Assembly (NCBI GenBank): GCA_947258615.1
Contig: CAMYIX010000043.1
Span: 72,973-136,972 of the forward strand
DNA: 64,000 nt
Direction of reading: 5' to 3'
Source of the DNA: an uncultured Ectothiorhodospiraceae bacterium
Lineage (GTDB): Bacteria; Pseudomonadota; Gammaproteobacteria; UBA9214
Part shown: piece by piece, positions 31,288 to 39,166 of the stretch
How positions within the stretch are numbered: the stretch's first letter is position 1
Layout: the number at the start of each line of letters is the position of its first letter
The notes under the pieces: model-generated
Databases searched by the model: none
What the model saw: only the letters and a program-made list of their open reading frames with translations
What the model was told of the DNA's origin: nothing
Program-made: the position numbers and the translations under genes

Positions 31288-32193
31288 TTGAACAGTAATG
31301 TTGATCTGCTGCAATATCGGGTGCGTCACCTCCAGGTGACCCGGGATGCTCCGTTGCGGGCGGTGTGGGTGGAGTTCAAATATGATGGCCGTCCATGTTT
31401 TACGAGGGAGTTGCTGGAAGACGTGTGGGCCGTGCAGCGCACCATACGGCAGGCGGTGATATCAGATTATCAGCAGGGACAAACTGACAGGTTGTTGTTC
31501 CAGGTACTTGCCTCGACCGATAGTCGGGCATTCAGTCTGGGCGGTGATTTGACCTATTTTATCGAGCTGATCGAGGCCGGTGATCGTGAGGGTCTGCGCA
31601 ACTATGCCAAAACCTGTATCGAGATCCAGTACATAACCGCGACACATTACGATACCCCGTTCACTACAATCGCACTGGTTGAAGGCGAGGCGCTGGGTGG
31701 TGGATTCGAAGCCGCTTTGTCAGCCAATCTGCTGATTGCCGAGCCGCAGGCGAGATTCGGATTTCCAGAAATTTCATTCGGTATGTTTCCGGGTATGGGT
31801 GCCCTGTCGCTGCTCGCACGTCGGGTGACGTTGGCTACAGCGCGCAAGCTGATTATGGATCAGCGTATTTATACGGCCGAGGAGCTTCACGAATTGGGTG
31901 TTGTGGATATCCTGGCTTCGAAGGGAAAAGGCCGTGAAGCCACCGCTGAATACATGAGGCGGAATATCGGCCTGGTATCCGGCCTTCATGGCTTCCAGGC
32001 AGCAGTTGACCGTGTTTATCCTGTTAAATACGACGAACTCACCGATGTCATTGACTTATGGGTTGAGGCGGCGATGCACCTGAATGACAGAAATAAACGC
32101 CTGATGGAATATTTTGCACGCGCCCAGGTAAGCCGCATTACCACCTCTGAGGATGACTCCGCTTCAGGTTCCTACCGGCTTGAACTGAATTGA
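31288..32193 (+). CDS. rpfF: DSF synthase RpfF (crotonase-fold enoyl-ACP dehydratase/thioesterase)
   Basis: Strong motif-level match to Xanthomonas RpfF: FSLGGDLTYF, ALVEGEALGGGFEAALS (catalytic Glu) and FGFPEISFGMFPGMGA (second catalytic Glu), C-terminal WVEAAMHL. TTG start assumed. Confidence 0.8.
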   Translation: MNSNVDLLQYRVRHLQVTRDAPLRAVWVEFKYDGRPCFTRELLEDVWAVQRTIRQAVISDYQQGQTDRLLFQVLASTDSRAFSLGGDLTYFIELIEAGDREGLRNYAKTCIEIQYITATHYDTPFTTIALVEGEALGGGFEAALSANLLIAEPQARFGFPEISFGMFPGMGALSLLARRVTLATARKLIMDQRIYTAEELHELGVVDILASKGKGREATAEYMRRNIGLVSGLHGFQAAVDRVYPVKYDELTDVIDLWVEAAMHLNDRNKRLMEYFARAQVSRITTSEDDSASGSYRLELN

Positions 32194-32203
32194 CTATTTA
32201 GGT

Positions 32204-34762
32204 TCAGTAATTCTGGGCCTGTGCGCGAAATACATCGGCTTTATCGTGCAGGACCTGGATGGAATCATCCAGGGTACGACGAATAGTGCGCAGTTGAATG
32301 ATGCCATCGGCAGTAAAGTGATCTTTGCTGATGTTCTGATTATCAAGGCACAACTGTGCAAGCCTGGTCAGGCCCAGATACAGGGCGCATCCTTTCAACG
32401 CATGCGCAGCATCCTGGAAGGCTGGCCAGTCATGTTTGGCAACAGAAGTCTCGAGGTGCTGAAAGTCCCTGTTTGCATCGGTCTCGAAATTGCGCATCAT
32501 CTCCAGAATGAAGTCAGGACTTTCGCCTGACAACTGGTTCAATTCCCCGAATTGGTTCTCATCGAGGATTGGGAATTCCTCCGCATTCAATACGTCTGTA
32601 GCGGGTTTGTCCGTGCTCTCCTCGGGCAGGAGTTTGTTCGGCCTGCTGAGTGTTGCAAGAGTGTTTTGCAAGGTGGTCAGTGACACGGGCTTGGTCAGGA
32701 ATAAGTCTATGCCTGCTTTTCTGCACGTTTTCCGGCACTCCTCAGTTGCGTCGGCTGTCAGTATGGCAAAACTCACGCTATGTGTGCCCCCATGTGCGAG
32801 GCAATAGGCCTGGTAGGTCTCAATTCCCCCAAGGCCAGGCATGTTTTTGTCGAGAAATACGACATCATAACCAGACTGCTCCAGTGCCTCGAGTGCTTCT
32901 TCGCCACCTGATACTGTGGTGCAGCCATGCCCCATTTTCTCCAGCATGCGTTTAATGACGATCCGGTTTGTTGCGTTGTCATCTGCGACAAGAACATTCA
33001 AGGTTCTTGACTGACTCTGCCTACTGGACTGGCGACTGGCTATGTGCAGGACATCATCCTCTGTACTATGTCTTGAGTAGCACGCATGCAATGTGTTGAA
33101 GAATATTTGCTTGTCCGCGTTCGAGGCGACTTTGAAAAGCCACTCATGCTCCAGTTTAGTGATCGCGGGCGGGTATTTTTCCGAGTTCAACAGTACAACG
33201 GGAATGCTAGAGGCGGGTTCGTCCAGACTCATATGAGTTAACAGATCACATAGTTCGATATCATAAGGCATGCCATCGATTACAAGGGCATCATAGATTA
33301 AATCCACATCATCACTTCTCAGATCGGCTATAGCCTGCTCGACGGATTTGACAGTCTTAAATGGTATCTTCCAGGCGTGCATAAGCTTGATGGTTTCGCT
33401 GCCGTCGTCTATACCGGGATTCAGATAGAGCACGACGCATTCGCTGGCCCATGATTGATTATTTTCACCGGTAGCTTTGGCGATATCGAATGGTATGTCG
33501 AACCAGAAGGTGGTCCCGACATTGGGAGTACTTTGGATGCCGATTTCCCCTCCCATCAGTTCAATAAGGTTCTTGCAAATTGTAGTGCCGAGACCTGTCC
33601 CTCCAAAGGTTCTCGATACACTGCTGTTGGCCTGCGTGAATGGATCGAAGATGGCATCAATTTGACCAGGATCGATTCCAATACCTGTGTCAATAACCTC
33701 GAATCTCAACAGTGCACGTTGAGCATCAAGCTCTAGAGGGTGAACTTGTACCGATACAAATCCCTGATCTGTGAATTTAATCGCATTGCCTACCAGATTA
33801 ATAATGATCTGCCGTAATTTGTGCGGGTCACCCTGCAACAGGTAGGGTGTCATAGGGTCAAGACTCTCATTTAAATTTATCTGCTTGCTGTCTACCTGCG
33901 TTTTGAATATTCGCAAGGTGGTACTGATCAACGCATAGAGATCGAATTTGATGTTTTCAATCGTCAGTTGTCCGGCCTCGATCTTCGACAGGTCAAGGAT
34001 TTCATTTATCTGCCTGGCCAGTGTGCTGCCGGATGCATGGATGATATCCACACATTCCTTGTCATCAGGTTCAAGTGGCCTTAGTCTTAGCAACTCTGTC
34101 ATGCCAAGTATCCCATTAAGCGGCGTGCGGATCTCGTGCGACATTCTTGACAGAAAGTCGCTCTTGGCGCGGTTGGCATCATTCGCGCGCTGGCGTGCTT
34201 CATTGAGGCGACGGATTAGTAATGCAGAGTAGGCAGGAATAACAAGAAGTGTAATGGCCAGTCCTATTGCGAGTCCCCTATGTGTATCCCAGTATGGTGT
34301 AGAATAAACAACAGCACCAAAACCTATAAGTGATGTCGCGCCAGAGAGATATAGATATTTTTCACCATACCTGAAACCGTTTCCTAGAATTACCCAAAGA
34401 AATACTCCGTACCACGGCGCACCCATGTGACCTGTTAAATACATTCCGTAACTTAATGCGCCAGTATCACCGCATATGCCTATGATGCGTCTAACTATAG
34501 AAGGCTGAGTCCACACCAGAGTGGAAATAAAAAGTAGAATTGCAAAGGCAAGGAATGAAAGAATGAACCATGTTCCTTTTCCCCAAATTTGGATATCATT
34601 TTGTGTGGCTGGCCCGTTGATTATTAGGTAGCACAAGAACGTCAAAGGGATAAAGATACGTAACACACCCTGTTCTTGGTCAGGGGTCCCGTGCCAACCA
34701 ATTATTTCTAATAGCTTCTTTGCTATTGGGCCGATCAGGCCATTATTTATGTCGGTAGGCAT
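32204..34762 (-). CDS. rpfC: RpfC-like hybrid sensor histidine kinase (5-TM sensory input, HisKA, HATPase, pseudo-receiver, receiver, C-terminal HPt)
   Basis: N-terminal polytopic membrane region, H-box SHEIRTPLNGILGMTELL, ATPase G-boxes, REC (VLVADDNATNRIV...DVVFLDKNMPGLGG), and C-terminal Hpt (HALKGCALYLG). Convergent with rpfF. Confidence 0.75.
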   Translation of the reverse strand: MPTDINNGLIGPIAKKLLEIIGWHGTPDQEQGVLRIFIPLTFLCYLIINGPATQNDIQIWGKGTWFILSFLAFAILLFISTLVWTQPSIVRRIIGICGDTGALSYGMYLTGHMGAPWYGVFLWVILGNGFRYGEKYLYLSGATSLIGFGAVVYSTPYWDTHRGLAIGLAITLLVIPAYSALLIRRLNEARQRANDANRAKSDFLSRMSHEIRTPLNGILGMTELLRLRPLEPDDKECVDIIHASGSTLARQINEILDLSKIEAGQLTIENIKFDLYALISTTLRIFKTQVDSKQINLNESLDPMTPYLLQGDPHKLRQIIINLVGNAIKFTDQGFVSVQVHPLELDAQRALLRFEVIDTGIGIDPGQIDAIFDPFTQANSSVSRTFGGTGLGTTICKNLIELMGGEIGIQSTPNVGTTFWFDIPFDIAKATGENNQSWASECVVLYLNPGIDDGSETIKLMHAWKIPFKTVKSVEQAIADLRSDDVDLIYDALVIDGMPYDIELCDLLTHMSLDEPASSIPVVLLNSEKYPPAITKLEHEWLFKVASNADKQIFFNTLHACYSRHSTEDDVLHIASRQSSRQSQSRTLNVLVADDNATNRIVIKRMLEKMGHGCTTVSGGEEALEALEQSGYDVVFLDKNMPGLGGIETYQAYCLAHGGTHSVSFAILTADATEECRKTCRKAGIDLFLTKPVSLTTLQNTLATLSRPNKLLPEESTDKPATDVLNAEEFPILDENQFGELNQLSGESPDFILEMMRNFETDANRDFQHLETSVAKHDWPAFQDAAHALKGCALYLGLTRLAQLCLDNQNISKDHFTADGIIQLRTIRRTLDDSIQVLHDKADVFRAQAQNY

Positions 34763-34859
34763 TTATACTGTATATTCTTGATGATGCGAGCGTGCTTCGG
34801 TAGTTAACTTTATATATCGACAATATTTATCTAATTCTTTAATTTCTATTGGGTTATAG

Positions 34860-35102
34860 ATGTCCCTAATGGTTAAATCTGCTGTTTTTGAAGTAATTGC
34901 TGCCCAAACAAATCGCGAGACAGAAACGATCTCTTTGGAGTCAGAACTTAAAGATCTTGGCATTGATTCTCTAGGCGCGATTACGGTCATATATGAACTT
35001 GAGGAACGGTTCGATATTGAAATACCGAACGAAGTTATTGAATCTATTAGTAATGTTCGGGATATCGTTAATCATCTCGAACTGACGCTCGGAAATCGCT
35101 AG
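34860..35102 (+). CDS. acyl carrier protein (dedicated, island-encoded)
   Basis: 80 aa with the phosphopantetheine attachment motif LGIDSLGAITV (Ser in DSL); acidic helix II. Confidence 0.7.
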   Translation: MSLMVKSAVFEVIAAQTNRETETISLESELKDLGIDSLGAITVIYELEERFDIEIPNEVIESISNVRDIVNHLELTLGNR

Positions 35103-35107
35103 GAACA

Positions 35108-36322
35108 ATGCCAAATAAGGTGGTTATTACCGGACTTGGTTGTGTCAGCGGTCTCGGTATGAATGTCCCGGATTTTTGGGATGGTATGTGTGAAGGGCGA
35201 TCTGGTATCTCACCACTAGCGGGAATTGATGAGGGTGTGAAAATAAGGCTGGGAGCCACGGTCAATGGATACCAGCCGGAAAGCCACTTCAGCACGAGCG
35301 ATCTGCCATTGCTAGACCGATTTTCGCAATTCGCGATTTTGGCGGCACGTGAAGCGATACACGATGCCGGTCTGGAGGCCTCAGGGGATAATCTGGCTGA
35401 GGCTGCTGCGATTATCGGGACAGGCTGTGGAGGCAAGCAAACAGACGAGGAAACCTATTCGCGCTTATATAAAGAAGCACACTCGCGTGCCCACCCGATG
35501 ACTATCCCAAAAGGTATGCCAAGTGCCGCAGCCAGCATGGTCAGTATGCACCTGGGCATCAAGGGGCCGGTTTTCTCAGTTGCCAGTGCCTGTGCGTCAG
35601 CTGCCCATGCAGTATGTCAGGGTCGGATGATGGTCCTTTCCGGGCTGGTAGATATCGCGGTTGTCGGTGGTGCAGATACACCCTTCACTTATGGTCTATT
35701 GAAGGCCTGGGAGGCGTTGAGAGTGATATCAAATGATACATGTCGGCCGTTTTCCAGGGACCGTACTGGCATGGTACTCGGTGAAGGCGCCGGTATGGTT
35801 GTGATTGAGTCTCAGAAGCATGCTGTCCGACGTGGTGCGCGTATCTATGCAGAACTATCAGGGTGTGGGTTATCTTCTGATGCTGGACATATTACCCGCC
35901 CGGATGTTGGCGGTATATCCTGTGCAATAAACAGAGCAATCAAAGATGCCGGACTTTTGCCTGAATCAGTAGGCTATATAAACGCGCATGGGACAGGGAC
36001 GATGGCGAATGATATCGCAGAAACGCAGGCATTGAGGAGGGTGTTTGGGGCCCACGCTGACAAATTGGCAGTTACCTCGACCAAGTCAATGCATGGTCAT
36101 GCGCTCGGGGCATCCAGTGCGCTTGAGTTGGTTGCCACAGTGCGGGCTATTCATGGCAGAACAGTTCCACCAACAGCAAATTTCACCGAGCCTGGAGAAG
36201 GCTGCGATCTGGATTATGTGCCAAACATGGCGAGAGAGCAGGAAATTTCTGCTGCACTTTCAAATTCTTTTGCTTTTGGAGGGCTTAATGCCGTGCTCGC
36301 CTTGCAGGCATGGCATGGCTGA
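35108..36322 (+). CDS. beta-ketoacyl-ACP synthase (KAS I/II, FabF/FabB-like)
   Basis: Active-site Cys in ASACASAAHAV, His-His motifs (NAHGTGT, MHGHALGASS), GGLNAVL C-terminus; 404 aa. Confidence 0.8.
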   Translation: MPNKVVITGLGCVSGLGMNVPDFWDGMCEGRSGISPLAGIDEGVKIRLGATVNGYQPESHFSTSDLPLLDRFSQFAILAAREAIHDAGLEASGDNLAEAAAIIGTGCGGKQTDEETYSRLYKEAHSRAHPMTIPKGMPSAAASMVSMHLGIKGPVFSVASACASAAHAVCQGRMMVLSGLVDIAVVGGADTPFTYGLLKAWEALRVISNDTCRPFSRDRTGMVLGEGAGMVVIESQKHAVRRGARIYAELSGCGLSSDAGHITRPDVGGISCAINRAIKDAGLLPESVGYINAHGTGTMANDIAETQALRRVFGAHADKLAVTSTKSMHGHALGASSALELVATVRAIHGRTVPPTANFTEPGEGCDLDYVPNMAREQEISAALSNSFAFGGLNAVLALQAWHG

Positions 36323-36326
36323 ATGG

Positions 36327-37397
36327 TTAATCTCGGGCCCTGAATAGATAGTGGCTGTTGCCATAGAAATTACCATCCATCGGCGCGAATACTGTCTTGC
36401 ACAGTGAAAAGTAGTTATTCCAGTGCGCAATGGCGCTAGAGTCGAAGATATGTTCATACAGATATGGCACTCTCTCCCAGAAGCGTTGGTGCCATTCATC
36501 AAGCGTGCGCCAGTAATTAAGACCATTGACAAACCAATGGCCAATCAGATCAAGGTGCTCGGTATGACGGGCGAGTTCATCATGAGGCCATGCCCGCCCA
36601 CCGGGAAAATACAAGCCGATACGCGTCTTTTCAGGGTCCAGGAATTGTGGAATAACTCTGCGAGATGTGATGAAGTGATGAAATGTTTTTCCATGTGGTG
36701 TTAGCATGTCTGAGATTTTCAAAAGGGCGGCGCTCATGTTCCGTACCTGTTCAAATACTGCTACAGATATGACAAGGTTAAAACTATTTTGTTCTGATGA
36801 ATTCAAAGGCAACTGATCAAACTTTCCTTCAATCAGCGTAAAGCGCCCGCTACCAAGTGGATCATCTGGATCATTCATTCGCTTTCTTAGGTAGTTAACC
36901 TGGACTCTGCTGGGCGTTATACCGACAATCTCCAGCTTCGGGAATCTCTTGAGAAGGTAGCTCTCGAGCGAACCAAATCCGCAGCCTATATTGAAGATTC
37001 GTTCATGTCCTTCTATCTGTGCGCGCCTGGCAATAAGGTCGAACTTTGCATGTTGCGCTTCTTCGAGTGTGGCGTCAGATTTTCGTATGCTGACGGGGCT
37101 TTCGCCGTAGTAGGCCATTGAATAGGCGTGGTAGCGAGTATCTAAAAAGCTCTTGAAAAAATTCAGATCTTCATCGTAGTGGTGCTCCATCAGCGAATCA
37201 GTGTCTTCCATGATGGGCCCTTCACTGGTAGAGATGCCGAGTTCGGGTAATGAGACCGGATTGTCTGTGTAGCGCTGGTACTCTCTTGTGAAGAACCGCG
37301 TTAGTCGGTCTTCGTAGAGGCGAAGTTCGTTGCTTGAGGGCCCGTGTATGCCTTTCAGTGCGAGTTTTTCCCTGATCAACTCGATGTTTATATCCAT
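36327..37397 (-). CDS. cyclopropane-fatty-acyl-phospholipid synthase-like SAM-dependent methyltransferase
   Basis: SAM-binding motif IFNIGCGFGSLESYL and overall CFA-synthase/mycolic-acid methyltransferase family architecture with an N-terminal extension; 356 aa. Confidence 0.65.
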   Translation of the reverse strand: MDINIELIREKLALKGIHGPSSNELRLYEDRLTRFFTREYQRYTDNPVSLPELGISTSEGPIMEDTDSLMEHHYDEDLNFFKSFLDTRYHAYSMAYYGESPVSIRKSDATLEEAQHAKFDLIARRAQIEGHERIFNIGCGFGSLESYLLKRFPKLEIVGITPSRVQVNYLRKRMNDPDDPLGSGRFTLIEGKFDQLPLNSSEQNSFNLVISVAVFEQVRNMSAALLKISDMLTPHGKTFHHFITSRRVIPQFLDPEKTRIGLYFPGGRAWPHDELARHTEHLDLIGHWFVNGLNYWRTLDEWHQRFWERVPYLYEHIFDSSAIAHWNNYFSLCKTVFAPMDGNFYGNSHYLFRARD

Positions 37398-37514
37398 CTC
37401 GATGGTAGGCAGGTGGCGCTGTTTTGGTCTTTGAATCCCTGCGACTCAGGATTCCTGAGAATGGAACGCGAACTTAATTTAGGTTTGTAATCCTAACACA
37501 CTGATGTGTTGTCA

Positions 37515-38573
37515 TCATTGGCTATGGCTTAGTTTTATGTCCGAGAGCATGTCCTGTATCTTCATCACGGTATCGAGTTGGGACTTGAATGCATCGTAAC
37601 ACTCCGGATCAAAATGCAGGCCGCTTTGTTTTTCCATATAATCAATGGCTTCCTGCATCGACCAGGCATGTTTGTAGGGGCGTACCGAGACGAGGGCGTC
37701 ATAGACATCTGCGACTGCAACGATCCTTGCCGGCAAGGGAATTGCTTCGCCCTTCAGCCCTTGTGGATATCCTGAGCCGTTAAATTTTTCATGGTGACTG
37801 AGCGCGATCACTGCGCCCATTTGCAAAAACTTGGAAGGGCTGTCCTTGAGTATTTCGTGACCGATCAGCGTGTGTCGCTTCATTATCTCGAATTCTTCTG
37901 TGTTTAGTTTTCCCGGCTTCAGCAATATGTCGTCCCTGATCCCGATTTTCCCTATGTCGTGCATCGGTGCCGCCATCTCAATGACATCAGCTTCCTCGGA
38001 TGTGAACCCCATGTGTTCAGCTATAACCCGGGCAAACTTGGCCATCCGTACCACGTGGTTACCGGTTTCCTCGTCCCTGTATTCACCAGCCTTCGCGAGG
38101 CGGAGCAAGGTCTCCCTTTCGCGTAGACGAATCTCGCTGGTGGCTTCTGCAACCCGCCGTTCCAACCAGTGCGACCTGTCCTGGATGATCTTGTATTGCT
38201 GGTGCTGGGTCAGCAGGTTCCGGCAGCGGGCCCGGCACTCGTTATGGTCAACCGGCTTCATCAGGAAGTCGGTGGCACCTGCTTCAAGCGCCTGGTAACG
38301 GACATTTCTGTCTTCTACAGAGGTCACCATGATGATCGGGACGTGTTCGCAGGCCGGGTTTGCCCTGAACTTGAGGATGAACTCTATGCCATTCATTTCA
38401 GGCATTTTGTAATCGGTGAGTATCAGGTCCACCTGATTGCGTATTGACCAGTCCAGCGCCTCCATTGGGTTTGCAAATGACTGTACATCCGGCTCGCCTT
38501 CAATGGCGTTCACCAGGTGGACCAGTATTTGCCGACTGGTTAATTGGTCATCTACGACTACGATCGTGGCCAT
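37515..38573 (-). CDS. rpfG: RpfG-like response regulator: receiver + HD-GYP c-di-GMP phosphodiesterase
   Basis: REC domain (IVVVDDQ...DLILTDYKMPEMNG), HD motif (PMHDIGKIGI), and HHEKFNGSGYP HD-GYP signature. Start at MATIVVVDD. Confidence 0.8.
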   Translation of the reverse strand: MATIVVVDDQLTSRQILVHLVNAIEGEPDVQSFANPMEALDWSIRNQVDLILTDYKMPEMNGIEFILKFRANPACEHVPIIMVTSVEDRNVRYQALEAGATDFLMKPVDHNECRARCRNLLTQHQQYKIIQDRSHWLERRVAEATSEIRLRERETLLRLAKAGEYRDEETGNHVVRMAKFARVIAEHMGFTSEEADVIEMAAPMHDIGKIGIRDDILLKPGKLNTEEFEIMKRHTLIGHEILKDSPSKFLQMGAVIALSHHEKFNGSGYPQGLKGEAIPLPARIVAVADVYDALVSVRPYKHAWSMQEAIDYMEKQSGLHFDPECYDAFKSQLDTVMKIQDMLSDIKLSHSQ

Positions 38574-38896
38574 ATGGCTTCTCTGCGATATCTTGGATAT
38601 TTGAACTAAAACCACCGGAATCCACGCCTTCCGGACGCTATGGTCTCCGGCTTCTATGTAACTTGATTCACATAACTAACTGATATACATAGCCAAACAT
38701 GACTCTACATATGCACGAGTTTATATCGGCAGATGCTTGAACAAATTGAGACTTATTGACCCAGGCCGCCGGGCGGCGCCGGTTACGCCCGGCTTTTTCC
38801 GCAGGGGTAGGCCAGTGTCAGTGCTGGTGCCGATTACAGGCGTGATTGCCTGCCGGTGCGATGTGGTTAAAATACCGCACACTTTGCTAACAGGGA

Positions 38897-39127
38897 TTGA
38901 GAATGGGTACGGAATACAATGACCGGCCACGGTCACCTTCGTTAATCAAGGTGCTGGGCAGTGTACTGGCCAGTATGTTCGGTGTACAAAGTTCGCGCAG
39001 GCGGGAAGAGGATTTCGCGAACGGCAAGCCGTCCCATTACATTATCGTGGGCTTGTTGGTGACAGTAATTTTCATCCTGTCCATCTGGGGTGTGGTCCGG
39101 CTGGTGCTGAGTCTGGCAGGTGTCTAG
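38897..39127 (+). CDS. DUF2970-like small membrane protein
   Basis: 76 aa with a C-terminal TM helix (IIVGLLVTVIFILSIWGVVRLV). Weak call. Confidence 0.4.
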   Translation: MRMGTEYNDRPRSPSLIKVLGSVLASMFGVQSSRRREEDFANGKPSHYIIVGLLVTVIFILSIWGVVRLVLSLAGV

Positions 39128-39166
39128 GGCCGGTCTGGATCCGTCAGCTACGAGGGTGCGAGTCGG

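Larger units (their letters stand above)
31061..38720. other. AT-rich genomic island carrying a DSF-type (rpf) signalling cluster with lipid-tailoring genes
   Basis: Base composition drops from >60% GC flanks to roughly 45-50% GC. Bounded by AT-rich non-coding stretches (31061-31287 and 38616-38896). All six genes form one functional theme. Confidence 0.7.
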
